From: Torpedo marmorata
Taxonomy: Eukaryota
Direction of reading: 5' to 3'
DNA length: 64,000 nucleotides
NCBI GenBank assembly: GCA_977017645.1
Contig: OZ360236.1
Span: 63,922,001 to 63,986,000 of the forward strand
The translations under genes and the position numbers were made by a program. Position 1 is the stretch's first letter, and each line of letters begins with the position of its first letter. Below are positions 22,712 to 35,975 of the stretch, piece by piece. The notes under the pieces were generated by a model. That model saw nothing but the letters and a program-made list of their open reading frames with translations, made no database searches and was not told where the DNA came from.

Positions 22712-23522
22712 TTGTGGTGGGTTTGAACACAAAGAGTTGCCGATGGTGCAGACCTGGGAAGAGTAGGGAACGGAGACGCAGCGTTCCCCTGCGGGGTGCT
22801 ACTGCCCAGTCCTACTGCCGGTGGCTCCATACAGACTTTAACAGCCTGCTAAAGGAGCAGACTGAGTTTTATTTAAAATCCTGCGACTGCGGGGTCTGGG
22901 CCCAAGATGGTGGTGCCTGCGTTCGGCAGCGGCCACGAGGGTTTGCAGACTCTGGGGGAAGAGCGGACCGGACACCAATAACAGGGAGAGCACCCCTCAT
23001 TGAGAAGGGAAAGCAGAAGAGACGACCCTATGGACGGTGACCACAGTGGCAGACCAGCAGCGAGGGGCCCTGCAGCTGAAGCACACACACAGGCTGCAAG
23101 CTGTTGGTGACGTGAGTGTGGAACCCTCACAGGCTGGGGGCTGCTGGTGACGAGGTCAAAGGACTCACACCAGACTGCGGGCTGCAGGAGAATGGCTCAT
23201 TAGAACCAGGTGTCAGAACCGGGATTTGAGAGGATGCTGAGGGCAGAGGGCTCCCGAAGGCCTCTGGGTTCTGAAGGCTTCCTCATCGTGTCAGAGATTT
23301 GCATCTGGGCTCAGGTTGCTGATGGTTCGAACTGATCTGGTGTCTTGTGCGGCTGCCGAGGCTGCGCGTGCGCTGGATGCGAATGTACAGACACTCGGTG
23401 ACTCTGGGGTGACTCTCTTTTGCCTCTCTCTCACTAAGAGGCACCAGGCAATGCTAATGGCAAAAAGGCAATTTCATGTAATATTACATTTTTGTTTTAT
23501 TACATGACAATAAATAGTACTT
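22712..23522 (+). mobile_element. GC-rich non-autonomous retroposon with a Rex/L2-like 3' tail, inserted in CR1
   Basis: Interrupts collinear CR1 sequence (CCCTAATCAGTCCCT...TCTATCCAAATACTTG); ends TTACATGACAATAAA; no recognisable protein. Confidence 0.55.
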
Positions 23523-24079
23523 GATCTGTCTATCCAAATACTTGTATATCTGATCTCTTGGAACACCTTCCAATAACTTACCTACTACTAATGTCAGGCT
23601 CACCGGCCTATAATTTCCTGGCTTATTTTAGGAGCCTTTTTTAAACAAGGGGTCAATATGAACAAGCCTCCAATTGGTGTATTTTAGCGCAGCATGGGCT
23701 CATGGGCCGGAAGGACCTGTACCGTGCTGTACGTCTAAAAATATTTCACAGCAAAGAAAAAGATAACAATATTACAGAAAAAAAGGTAGTTGGGTGTTAA
23801 TTAATCAAAATGTCACAGGTGTGACTGTATTTTTAAAATAAGGAGTGCTCAAGATACATTTGAACCACTTGCAGGTGTCTTCAAACTATTGCTGTGAATC
23901 TTAACAAGTTATTTCCCATCGAGGTTCAGTCCAAATGCAGAGAATGGTGTAAGAGACAGCCACCTACAGGTCAAATGTGGGAAAGAAAGTACTCCCTCAG
24001 CTGATGATCTGGTCTTCCAAATTACTTGGAACTACTTCAAAGAAGCTCTTATGATACCAAAGGAATCTTCTGAGGACAC

Positions 24080-25430
24080 AAAACATGGAATAGTACAGCA
24101 CAGGAACAGGCATTTCAGCCCATGTGTCTGCACTGAACATAGTGCCCAAGTTGAACTAAAACAGTTGTTTGCAGATGATCCCTCTATTCCCTGCACATTC
24201 ACGTGTCTACCTCAAAGCCGCTAAAACTCCACTATTGTATCTTCTTCCACCACTTCCCCTGACAGCCTGTTCCAGGCATCTACCATTCTAAAAACCTTCC
24301 CGTTTCCCTCCTCCTTAAACCCTGTCCACGTGACATTTTTTTCCCTGGGAAAGATACTGAACATCTACTGTATCAATGCCTCTCATAATTTTATAAATTT
24401 CTATCAGGTCATCCATCACACGGCCTCCAGAGAAAACAACCCAAGTTTGTCCAACCTCTCCTTATGGTGCATATCCTCTAATTCAGGCAACAGCCTGATA
24501 AATCTCTTTGCACCTTTTGCAAAGCTCCACAGCTCAGTGGTTAGAGCACTGGTCTTGTAAACCAGGGGTTGCGGGTTCGTTCCCCACTGGGGCCTCATTG
24601 CTGTGAGGGGTGCTGGACAAAATGGCGACTCTCTGTCTTCCTTATGGTAGACAAAATTAAAGAATTTCATGTATGTTACATTCTAAATGTAGTATTACGT
24701 GACAATAATGGAACCTTTAATGGGACGCCCAGAATTGCACACAATACAAGCGTGGCCAAACCAATTTTTTTTTTTTTTTTAATATATAGAGTTGCAAGTT
24801 TACCTCCTTACTTTTACACTCAATGGCCTGCCCAATGAAGTTAAGCATACCACATACCTTCTTTACCATCCCATCCACTTGCATGGTCAATTTCAAGGAT
24901 CTATGGACCTGAATCCTCAAATCTGTTTGCACATCAATGATTTTAAGATCCCTGCCTTAAATGTTCTTTTTACATTTGACCTCCCAAAATGCAACTACTC
25001 ACACTTGTCCAGATTAAACTTCGTCTGCAATTTCTCTGCTCACATCTGTAACTGATCCATATCCTGTTGTTTTCTTTGATAGCCCTCTACACTGTTCACA
25101 CCACCACCAATCCTAGTGTTATCTGCAAACCGACAAACCCACCCACCTATTTCATCCAAGTAATTTATAAATATATCATAAACAACAATGGTCCCAACAT
25201 GGATCCCTGTGGAACAACACTGGTCACAGGCCTCCAGCCATTTCCTCCTCTACCCCGTCTCCTATGGGCCAGTCAAATCAGAATCCAAACTATCAATTTA
25301 TAGTGGATCACATACATCGGTACCTTCTGGATGTCTACAAGGGACGTTGTCATATGCTTTACTAAATTTCATGTAGATAACATCCACTGCCTTACCTTCA
25401 TCAACCACCTTTGTCACCTCCTCAATAACT
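24080..25430 (-). mobile_element. CR1 LINE, degenerate
   Basis: RFIRLLPELE...ERLDKLGLFSLE, YCVQFW and PQGSMLGPLLF motifs on the minus strand. Confidence 0.8.
24523..24718 (+). mobile_element. tRNA-Thr(TGT)-headed SINE (tRNA-like head 24523-24595 plus ~120-bp tail)
   Basis: AGCTCCACAGCTCAGTGGTTAGAGCACTGGTCTTGTAAACCAGGGGTTGCGGGTTCGTTCCCCACTGGGGCCT closely follows vertebrate tRNA-Thr-TGT; tail ends GTGACAATAATGGAACCTT; interrupts a CR1. Confidence 0.75.
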
Positions 25431-25514
25431 CACTCAACTTTGAGCAGTCCTGAGGGGGCCATACTAAAAAACAGTTGAGAATGAATGGCTGGTCTGGACA
25501 AGAAGCAAGATTCA

Positions 25515-25742
25515 GCATGGTTAGCATAGCGGTTAGTGCAATGCTATTACAGCGCAGGTGACCGGGTTCGAATCCGGCCCTGTCTGTAAGGAGTTTGTTC
25601 GTTCTCCCTGTGTCTGTGTGGGTTTCCTCTGGGTGCTCCAGTTTCCTCCCCTCCTTCAAAAAGTACTAGGGTTATAGGTTAATTAGGGTATTTTGGCGGC
25701 ACCGGCTCGTGGACCAGAAGGGCGTTATGTCTAAATTAAAAG
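25515..25742 (+). mobile_element. V-SINE (HE1-like)
   Basis: GGTTAGTGCAATGCTATTACAGCG...GGTTCGAATCC...GGAGTTTGTTCGTTCTCCC core. Confidence 0.82.
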
Positions 25743-26282
25743 TCCATCAGAGACATCGACTATCTGTGGATCCCACCGCCTCCTCTGATTTAGCCACCTC
25801 CTGCGTCTCATTGCCTCTGCAGCTGCACAGCCTCCTGTTTCGTCTCGCGATGAACATGAGCTCAAGGCATCTAAGTCACCCTCCTAGGCCCCTACCCCTC
25901 CACCATCAGACTCAACAACAAACTCAATCAGGGACTCATTTAAGGACTTACTTTTGCACTTTACTGATTTTTTTTTCTCTGTATTGCATAGTTTGTTTAC
26001 ATTTCTTTATATAGTAGTTTTTTTTTTGCACTACCAATAAGTGGTAATTCTGCCTTGCCCAGAGGAAAGACAATCTCAAGGTTGTGTGTGATGTCATGTA
26101 TGTACTCTGACAATAAATCTGAAGCTGATCGCCAGCAGCCCATGTCCTGGTGTGAGTCCCTGCAGTTCTGCTGCTGTGGTCTACCTGTAGGTCCTCTCCC
26201 AGGCTACAGCTTCTTGCAGTTGGTGCTCTCCCCCTCTCATGCCCAGTAATGTTCTGCTGCTCCCTGTTTGTGGCCTTATGGT

Positions 26283-26609
26283 TCCCACACTGATCCCACT
26301 GCCCCGCTCTCTCCCCACAGCCCCGTGTCAGTCCCCACACTGATCCCACAGCCCTGCGTCAGTCCCCACACTGATCCCACTGCCCAGCTCTCTGCCCACA
26401 GCCGCGCGTCGGGCCCCACACTGATCCCACTGCCTCGCTCTCTGCCCACAGCCCCGCGTCGGGCCCCACACTGATCCCACAGCCCCGCGTCGGGCCCCAC
26501 ACTGATCCCACAGCCCCGCTCTCTGCCCACAGCCCCGCGTCAGTCCCCACACTGATCCCACTGCCCCGCTCTCTGCCCACAGCCCCGCGTCAGTCCCCAC
26601 ACTGATCCC
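26283..26609. repeat. C-rich minisatellite with ~29-bp and ~50-bp unit variants
   Basis: Recurrent CCCCACACTGATCCCAC(TGCCCCGCTCTCTGCCCAC)AGCCCCGCGTC[AGT/GGG]. Confidence 0.92.
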
Positions 26610-26750
26610 TACTTACAAATAAGTTTACAGGTACTCTACAGTATCCCATATAGCTTTGCTAAGTATATAATATGGTGTTCGCACAACGTTCACATCGCAT
26701 AATGCCCAATTTCACAGAACGTATCGTGGATGTTAAGCGGCGCATACCTG
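26610..26750. mobile_element. Tigger/Golem-like DNA transposon right end
   Basis: TTCGCACAACG...CAGAACGTATCG...GTTAAGCGGCGCATACCTG followed by TA; left TIR not found. Confidence 0.55.
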
Positions 26751-27869
26751 TACTTGGAAAACAATAAACCCCCCTAATCATGTTACTATGAGAACAAATT
26801 AGAAAGCAAAATAGAAGATTGCATTTTCACAAGCATCGGAGTTCTTAGGTCCATTCCATACAAACATGGAGTTGTGAAGCATGTTAAGCGGCACTGCAGT
26901 TAAAAAAAGATTGAATATCAAAATTGATAAATTCTGGAAATTCATTTAAAGTTAACTTGTTTATAATCAGCTGGACTAAACACAAAAGTACATTTTTAAA
27001 TAATTTTGCATTAAACCAATTACTGATGTTCTAATTTGTAATTGCAATATTATTTTACTATTTTAATAAAAAAATATTACATGTACACAGCTAGGATTGA
27101 ACATTTACACTTTGCTTGTAAATAAAGGAAAAACATCTATAAATACATAGTTTTAAATTAATGACCCAGATACCTTGAATGCCAGGACTATGGACCTACT
27201 GAGCAATGGGTATGCAATATCAAGACTGTAATAGTGTCTGGAAAATGTGAATATTTCACAATAAGATTTGCAGGTTTCAATGATTATTTAAAATGACTAT
27301 TTTGAGAATTTCATATCCTTTTCCTTTAATTAGAAAACCTATGATAGAGATCCAAATTGAAAATAAAAATCTGATTTTGAACAATGTCCAGGAGGATGAG
27401 CCTTGCAAGGGTTGATCAAAGACTACAGTTAATTTACTATGCCTTAATATGTAAGTGGGACTCTATTTATCAAGAAAATCTTGAGCAAAAGGAGCAACAC
27501 GTGTACTGTCATTTGATCCAAAAGTTCAGTTATGCTTTAATGCTTACAGACTTGCAAAAATAATTGCAACACAATCACAGACACACAGTGCTTAGAAAAT
27601 TATTGATTCAAGGCTTGTATGCTTATTTGCTGGAACTTTCATTTAACCAAGTTGGCTCTGTACCCATTTGCTTCAAGCAAACTATCTGAAGAGTTCTTAA
27701 GATACAAATTGTTGACTCCTACCCCTCCTGCATAAGCATCACCTTCCCTAACTTCACACAAGGTTTCTTGAATTGGACTCGAGATGTAATTTTGTCAATT
27801 TAGGAGTACATGCATAAATATTGACTAATTAAATTGGTGTATCAAAATGTGATTAAATAATTATTTTTT

Positions 27870-28066
27870 TCATTTAGAGATACAGCACCATAACAGGCCC
27901 TTGCTACCCAAATATACCCATGTAACCAATTAACCCCGCATGTCTTTGGAATGTGGGGCGAAACCAAGACACTGGGAGAACGTACAAACTCGTTACACTC
28001 AGCACCGGATTCGAACGTGGGTCGTTAGCGCTGTAATAATGCTGTGCTACTACACTAATCATGCCG
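27870..28066 (-). mobile_element. V-SINE (HE1-like), degenerate
   Basis: Shares the GGAGAACGTACAAACTC...GGATTCGAAC motifs with the other copies. Confidence 0.7.
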
Positions 28067-31000
28067 ATTTAATGTACAACCCATTTTATATATATATGCT
28101 GGCAATTTGAGTTCTATTCAATATTACTAGTTTTATTAAGGCTCCTTACAAATACATTCAAAGGTTGCTGCACATTTGCAAGGTAGAGAGATTTCCCACA
28201 AAATAAACAAATTACCTTTTTCAGAATGCTCCATTTCAGGAGACTTGGGAAAAGTATGCATGGTATTGAAAAGGCATATTCTGGAGGGTGTTACATTACA
28301 AGATTACACTACAATTTGCTTTGTTTTTCATTGCACATTAAATGGCCTTCCACACAAGGTACCATGAGACAGAACTATTTGAAACAAAAACCATTAATAG
28401 CTAATCATAAAGTTGCTGATTCCAACAAAGTACTCTTGCTTTGGGAGATAAAAAGTTGCAGTTCCCCTGAGAATATCACACATTTACACAGATCAAACAC
28501 TGACAAATGCTTAACCTTGTGTAAAATTGCCATATTTGGCAATATTAAAAATACAGCAGTGATGTAGCTTCCCAATAAATTATGCAAATACTACCTTTGT
28601 CAGATCTTCCTATTTAGAAGGTTGGTTTTGCAAAGAAAAACTTATCCTCAACATTACTAAGCATAATTTTCAAGTCAATATTTAGATAGGATGATTGCCA
28701 AATTATGGTATGTATAGGTGCTTGCTGGGACATAGAAGTTATATGCAAGTTCTTGGAACAAATTACAAATACTAATGATTTGCTTACTTATAGAAATGTG
28801 TGGTCTTTGAAGAATACACATTAAAAATGTTAAATGATAACCCTTACATAGATTGCAAAGGTAGGAATTACATTCCACAAAACTGCAAATTTAAATTCAT
28901 AAGGAAAAGGAACTATTTAGAGATATCCAAGCTGATGTGTTAGATGGTCAACCCTCAGGGTCACCCTTATTAAAATGAATGAAGTATCATGTAATCGCTG
29001 TGGTATGGCAGTCCCAAATGTTTGCCAGAAACACAATGTAAATATTGTGTGGACCAATTAAAATCTATTTATTTATTTATTTATTTTTAAAAGAGTGCTT
29101 TGTTTCTTTCTCAAATCAATAAACGTTACTCTGTGATCTGCACTTCTCACTATTACTAGTTAGAAATCCCTGTATTACAAATGTTTCCAGTTATCTGATC
29201 AGACTGCCATTAGTGATGACTGAGTAGTGCACAGGGTTAATCCTCCTAAATCACATAAACCTAATAATAATGCAAATCAACCTTCCAAAAGGAAAATGCA
29301 TGTCAAAATTGGAATTTGGGCTCTGCTATTGCATCTCGAGGCTGGCATTGTAATATTACAGCTATCAAGATACAACTACTTCTGAACATCTCCACCCAGA
29401 GTGAATACATACTTTCCTCAGTGCCTACACTGAAAATATGGACACCCTTTTTCCCTTAAAAAGTGTATTAAACACCATCTACAACTTGTGTGCAATGATT
29501 ATTACCCCACAAAGATATATCCAAGTCTATTCATACAACTTCTACAGAAAATAATGTGCTGTTGCCATGACCTAGGAAATTTATTACACTGCTTAGTCAG
29601 GGTTGCTGAAAAAAAATCATGGTCTCATCTTAGTTACTGTTGGGAGTCAAATCCAATGGGGAAGAAATAAGCCAGTTGAATTGATACAAAAGCTTGTGCA
29701 TTTACTGTGACAATGATACTTTTCAAGTCATTTGCATCTCAGCTGAATTTGTTTTCTACAACTATACTTTTAACTGAATTGTTAATGAAAGGAGGCTAGG
29801 AAAAAACAGAGTAGTCTCAGACCTTTTCAATGTAACGAAACAAACCAGCATCAGTCGCAATGCCTTTAAATAACAAGTTCAAAAATATTCAAACTTGAAA
29901 CAAAGATTTTTCTTCAAAACATTATGCCCAGTACAAGATAAAACCAAGTTTTGGTTTGCAGGATTTAATTCAGGTTCGCAGTCTTTAAAATAATGGAGGA
30001 TTTCATTTTAAAAGAAAGAAAAAGCAATTTAGTTAATGTTGATTTTGCTCCATGTCATCAAATAGCTGGAACACAACACACAGCTATGCTTTTCAAAATT
30101 ACAAATGGAGCAGATTATACCATAGTTAACATTATTCTCAGAGAGGAAACATCTGAATTATGAGCCCACAGTACAAAACTAAATTCACCAGTCACCGACC
30201 TAAACAAATTGCTTGATGCCTGAAACACTGTCAGTGTATCACAGAAAACTAAGCAGTATTCTCAGACTTACTGGAAGCACCAGTGGGAAAGCCCTGAAAT
30301 GATTTGTCCTGTACTGAGAGCTATACTTCAACACTAAAACGGCATTTCCTTTAGAAATATCCAATGTTTGAAATCTATATGAAATGGGTTTGTGCTCTTA
30401 ATGCAATTAGAAGGAAACAGCTTTTTGAAAGCAAAGGCAAAATGCTATGAACTTGCAGAATAGGAAACCCTCTCCTCATCACAGATGAAATGGACACCAT
30501 GACCAACTATACAAAATATTCATTCCAGGTTATGTAACAGCCATGGTTGAAGTTTGAGTTTCCTTATTCTTGGAGGAACATTTACAAAAAAGTTAAAATA
30601 ATTTTGCTTAAAAGGACAAAGTGATTGGTAAACAGGAGAAAGGCACATTTAACAAATTGTATTCAGGTGCAATTAATTCCTACCAACACAGAAAATGTAT
30701 GGAAGTAACCAGCAACCCTGCACAATCTTTGTCAACAATTTGCCTCAATATCCCAAATTATAATAAAGCCTGATAAAATCAGGATGTTCTGTACTATGGA
30801 CTCATGCACACAGCAGACTTTGTTCATTTGGTTGACATTTTCAGAGTAGATGTTCCTTGACATCCTGACTACAGAGCTTCCATCACTCCTGGTCTGGGAT
30901 TGACATGTGTGTTGAACTTGCAGGTGAACAGCAAAGGCTTTGAATAGTGTTTCTTCCATATGCTTCAGTCTGCTGTAAGCCATCATGTTAGGGTTACTAC

Positions 31001-31141
31001 AAGCCTAATGTAATTTGCACACAGGTGCCTTAAAACTTTGGCCTTGCTGATTTAGTTCTGCCGTATATCCCAGGTTCACTTCAAGAAGTTGCACACAGTG
31101 GGGAGGTATTGCTGTTTGACACCTGAGAGAAGGGTACAGGT

Positions 31142-31291
31142 TCAGTCACTGGAGAAGAGGTCACCAGCAGAAGGCAATGGTGCTAAACCACCAGTAACAT
31201 TTGGAAGCAATGACAGGTCTGGCAAATTCTGGATGTGAGATTTCAGCTCTTTTCGAACTTGTGTTACTTGAGCCAGTTTCTGCTTGTATTC
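31142..31291 (-). CDS. RPRD1B: RPRD1B (CREPT) last coding exon
   Basis: 150 bp, ACAG|GAA; EYKQKLAQVTQVRKELKSHIQNLPDLSLLPNVTGGLAPLPSAGDLFSSD then TGA. Confidence 0.95.
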   Translation of the reverse strand, partial: EYKQKLAQVTQVRKELKSHIQNLPDLSLLPNVTGGLAPLPSAGDLFSSD

Positions 31292-31638
31292 CTGTCGAAG
31301 AAAATGAAAGTTACAACTGAATAACCCAATGTAGTGCTTATCTGCTTTGATTGATAGATAGTATCAGGTATCATCAATGGAAATGAAACAGCATTTCACT
31401 GACAAGATCTTGGAGAAAATAAATAATTTGATCTATTAAATTTGTAAACGTGCCATAATTCTGTTTACTAAGTAGTATTTCTGAACAGTCCCAAGAGAAA
31501 TACACTGATATGAAAAAATCTCTAGTTTTGCAATGAAGTACAAGAGCTTACTTAAAGCTCAGGTCAACACATAGGATTTTAGCATGACACTGCTCAGCAT
31601 TTAAAAATTATGGTTGTAAGACAGAACAAGGTACGCAC

Positions 31639-31814
31639 TGCTAGCTTTTTCTCCTTCTCTCCTAGGATCTCCTTCTGACTATTGATATATTCAGTCAACA
31701 TTCTTGCCAGTTGTCTTCGGTCATCCAGCTCTGCTGCTAGCCTCCCATTGTATTCAGCTAACAATAAACAAGCCTCATCAACGATCTTTGACAGCCTTTC
31801 AGCAGCTGCTTTAT
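31639..31814 (-). CDS. RPRD1B: RPRD1B exon 6 equivalent (coiled coil)
   Basis: 176 bp, AG/GT bounded; DKAAAERLSKIVDEACLLLAEYNGRLAAELDDRRQLARML...EKEKKLA. Confidence 0.93.
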
Positions 31815-32724
31815 CTAGTTGTGAGAAACAGAAAAATTAACAACATTACAGCAAACTTACACTGTTTCAGGAAAAATTTATATCAATCCAATTTCTATAG
31901 GTAAATGTTTTCAGCTGCAAGAATAAATAATACCTTCAGAGATTTGTGGGCATACACAGAATGCACAACACCACATTAACAATTTAAATCAAACCCTTAA
32001 ATAACCTCAAACTGTGTGCGAAGAGCCCATGTGGTGTTTATTATACTTCACTGTGATGACAAATCTATGCTAAAATATTTGATAACTATGGGTCATCTTA
32101 AGTAAGGATCTTTAAGTTGCTCTGTGTGCATCTACATTCAATCGAACTAAAAATGGAAACTACAACATACATTCCTCCAAATTATTTGTGCTCATCATTA
32201 TAACAATAAGGTTATTATAACAAATTTTTTAAAAAAGTAACCATAAAGAGGTGTTAAAGTGGACCTGAGGTGCTCCAAAGCAAACATGAACACAGCTGCA
32301 AAAACAAACTTTTAATCACTTTGCAAGGTGTGAAAACTCCATTACAGCAAGAAGCACAGCCACGGGTTGCTAGCTAACTCCAAAGGAGACTGCCTCGTGG
32401 CTTACAAAATCACTTAATTTATAGTTTCTTATCTCTAGTTTCTGGAACATTCGAAGGGACTGCTCCTTATAAGTTCATATTCCTTACAATTCTCTTAGGA
32501 TTCATCAGTTAGTTTCACACCACTCTACCAAATAAGGAGCTTATCATCAGCTCCCAAACAGGTAACAAGAAAGGAATGTAGCCCAAAAATGCAGCCCACC
32601 TTTTTCCATTCCAGTCGCTATTTTAAACTTACATTTTCATTAAATTTTAAAACCTACTTTCTCAGAGGAACTCGTGCTAACATTTTGGGTACATGCTGCC
32701 ATTATATGGTAATATAATACAAAC

Positions 32725-33270
32725 ATGAAGAAGGCTCGCCAGTGGCTATACTTTGTGAGGTGTTTGAGGAGATTTGGTATGTCACCAAAAACTCTCAAAC
32801 TTCTACAGGTGTACAATGGAGAGCATTCTGGCTGGTTGCATCACTGTCTGGTACAGAAGTGCCAACGCTCAGGACAAGAAAAAAACTCCAGAAGGTTGTT
32901 AACTCGGCCTGCGATATCACAGGCACCAGACTTCACTCCATCGAAGACATCTACATGAGGCGGTGTCTTAAGAAAGCAGCCTCTATCCTCAAGGACCCCC
33001 ACCACCCAGGCCATGCTCTCTTCACTCTGCTACCATCAGGAAAAAGGTACAGGAGCCTAAAGATGAGCACTCAGCGGCCCAAGGACAGCTTCTTCCCCGC
33101 TGCCATCAGATTCCTGAATGATCAATGAACCAAAGACAGTGCCTTACTTTGACTTTTTGTGCACTATTCTTTATTTATTTTTGTAAGGTGGTTTATATGA
33201 ATGTTTGCACTGTGATGCTGCCGCAAAACAACAAATTTCGTGACTTGTTCATGACAATAAATTCTGATTC
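32725..33270 (+). mobile_element. Rex1/Babar-like LINE 3' end
   Basis: KKARQWLYFVRCLRRF...DSFFPAAIRFLNDQ; GACAATAAATTCTGATTC tail. Confidence 0.87.
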
Positions 33271-33339
33271 TTAATTTTCATTCTAACATTATGGATGCAT
33301 CCAGATAAAAATTGACATCCACCATTTTTTTTTTATATA

Positions 33340-33812
33340 AATGGTTTACCAGAATGTTACCTGGGTTTAAGAATCTAGAGTACAAGGAGAGATTGAGCAT
33401 ATTAGGTCTTTATTCTTTGGAGCGTAGAAGGTTGAGAGGGGATTTGATAGAGGTATTTAAAATTATGAAAGGGATAGACAGAGTGGATGTGGATAGACTA
33501 TTTCCATTAAGAGTAGGAGAGATTGAAACAAGAGGACATGAGCTAAGAGTTAAGGGGCAGAGGTTTAGAGGTAACATGAGGGGGAACTTCTTTACTCAGA
33601 GAGTGGTAGCGGTGTGGAATGAGCTTCCGGGAGAAGTAGTGGCGGCAGAGTCAATTTTATTATTTAAGAAAAAGTTGGACAAGTATATGGATGAGAAGGA
33701 AGTGGAGGGTTATGGGCAGGGTGCAGGTAGGTGGGACTAGATAGGAATGTTTGGTTCGGTGCGGACTGGAAGGGCCTAATGGCCTGTTTCCGTGTTGTAA
33801 TTGTTATATGGT
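33340..33812 (+). mobile_element. CR1 LINE 3' end
   Basis: FTRMLPGF...LGLYSLERRRLRGDLIEVFKIMKG...NFFTQRVVAVWNELP. Confidence 0.88.
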
Positions 33813-33977
33813 TAAATGATGGATGTAAATTTCCAGTTTAATTTTGATTCACATTTTGAGCATTGATACTCACTGCCACTCAAGTTACTTGTAACTTTAT
33901 GAATGTGACAGATTAGCAATCGAATAGCAAAGCAGACCATCCAACTCAAACAACCAATTATACAGCAAGCTCACTAC

Positions 33978-34104
33978 CTGCAATGTTCTCCAAGAGTGAA
34001 ACATCCTGCACTTCTTGAGGTAATGATGCAATCTTCTGACGAACAGTTGCATCCCCAGAAGCTGCATTTTCCAGGTCTTGCAGAGCTTTAATCAGATTTT
34101 CAGT
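33978..34104 (-). CDS. RPRD1B: RPRD1B exon 5 equivalent
   Basis: 127 bp, TAAG|ACT...GCAG|GTAGT; TENLIKALQDLENAASGDATVRQKIASLPQEVQDVSLLENIA. Confidence 0.93.
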
Positions 34105-34974
34105 CTTAAAATAAAAGAGTGCATTAAGAGTATACTTGCCAGTTTAAGAACAGCTAATGGTGTGCAGATTAAGATATTTAGTTGCATAAATTATAATTAA
34201 GGAAAAAGAACAAATAATATGGGATGTTAATGAAGCAGTTACCGGTATACAAAATTAATCTGATGTCATGAAGTTACTCAGTTGACTGTTTACAATGAGG
34301 TACTTGTACTTGAATTGGATGAAGGATTCAAACTTTCACAAAAGCAACAGGAAAATATCATGTGGACAATTCTGAAAATAGTGACAAACAATAACTTGTG
34401 CATGTAGCATTGCATTGTCTGGAGTAGTACTAAACAGGCAACACAACACTATATGTTTTCATACAGTCCTATACAGGACTATTAATTGAGGCAAAGCTTA
34501 AAATAATTTTATTCAAAAGCTCAGCATACTTAGCGACTAATCGCCAACATGTACAAATTTTCCATTTCCCACACTTCTGCTCTCAGCTCATCTGCCCACA
34601 GAAGTAAAGTTCCCTTTATCCTCATCGATCATAAGGTCTGTATCTGTCAACCAGCATCCAGCACATCCTTCTTTGTCATTCCCAGAGGCTGCAACACAAT
34701 TCAACCACTAGTCAAATCATCCCCTTCCCACCTTTCTGCTGGGCCACTCTCTATGTGCCTTCCTGGTTCACTCATCCCTCCCCACCCACTCTCTCCATTC
34801 CCATTTAAGCGACTATTAGATAGGTAAATGGAATGGAGAAAAATGGGAGGGTTATGCAGTTGGGAACTTCTAGGCAGTTGTTAGGGTAGGTTATTAGGTT
34901 GGCACAACACTGTGGGCCAAAGGATCTGTACTGTGCTGTAGATTTCTATGTTTTAGGTTCTAACAGTGGGATTT

Positions 34975-35556
34975 TCAAGCTAAACACAATCTGCTGGAGG
35001 AACTCAGTGGGTCAAGCAGCTTCATTGGGAGAAAAAGAATGATCAACATTGCAGGCCAGAACCCTTCATTAAGATGGAGTGTGGAGGAAAGAGAGTTGGT
35101 ATAAAGAGGCAAGGGTGGGATGGGTAGGACTGGGGCCAGTGCAGGATTGGTGAGATGTGAAGGATGACTGTCCACTCCTCCTGCAGTTCCTATCTGCCAA
35201 TCCCTCCCTTAACTGGTTCCTCTCATTGCATTCCTTTCTTATCCAATTCCATAATCTGCAGCCTTTTGTTATCTTCACTTGCTCTCTCAGCCTCTATCAC
35301 TATCTCCACCATTGCCTTCCTCACCTGGCTTTATCTCTATATCAGCCCTTCCTACCCTGGAACAACTTATCATTTGCTATTTCCTCCCTCACCCCTCCAA
35401 ACCAGCCATCTCCCCATTAAAATCTCAGCTCCAATGCAGGGTCTCGACTCAAAACATTGACGGTCCCTTTGTCTCCACCTACATTGCCTGCTGAATTCCT
35501 CCAGCAGCTTGTTTTTTTTGTTCCAAAGTCCAGCATCTGCAACCTCTTGTATCTCT
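34975..35556. mobile_element. Two Penelope-like terminal fragments in inverted orientation
   Basis: CTGCTGGAGGAACTCAG (near 34990) and CTGAATTCCTCCAGCAG (near 35492), each beside a degenerate hammerhead-like motif and a purine/pyrimidine tract. Confidence 0.55.
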
Positions 35557-35865
35557 ATTGTACAAGAGTTACATTTGTTCTGAGAGTAAATTTAGTATCA
35601 TATCCTTGAAAAGTGCCAACATCAAATCTAAGATGAATATTTAGGATGCATCAATTTTTCCATTGTAATAATCCTATTGCATTACCTAATAAAGCCTCCA
35701 AAAATAAGCAACTTATTCAAGCATGTCATCATTAGTTCAAGTATAGATGGCACATAGATATCCAGTGATAATTAAATGGCACTTGCGTAGCAAAGTACAA
35801 CCCACGCTGAAGTCTTCAGGACACTTAGCAGCATATGTAATGGCTCTTTGGCTTCATGTACATAC

Positions 35866-35975
35866 CAACATTGGACCTGCACCCGTGTCAATAGGGGAGA
35901 AGTTGACTCTATAATCGTCATCTTCTTCATCTTCAACAACTGGATAGCTACGTTTTGGTGCTCGTTTCTCTTCAC
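35866..35975 (-). CDS. RPRD1B: RPRD1B exon 4 equivalent
   Basis: 110 bp, CATAG|GT...TTG|GTATG; GEEKRAPKRSYPVVEDEEDDDYRVNFSPIDTGAGPML. Confidence 0.9.

Larger units (their letters stand above)
21037..23670 (-). mobile_element. CR1 LINE (RT region), degenerate, hosting nested insertions at 21969-22342 and about 22712-23520
   Basis: RGDVIEVYKIM, DLDQLEKWA..., QGSVLGPLLFVIYINDLD and DFSQDFDKVPH-like motifs on the minus strand. Confidence 0.85.

Noticed and set aside
24523-24595. Functional tRNA-Thr(TGT) gene
   Set aside because: Acceptor 1-72 mismatch, U8>C, A58 missing, T-stem mismatch, no adjacent oligo-T terminator, and attached to a retroposon-like tail inside a LINE.
25948-26600. Cluster of Trp/Gly/Cys-rich ORFs
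   Set aside because: Translations of the C-rich minisatellite; the ORFs at 41064-41511 and 43235-43636 are likewise MITE interiors.
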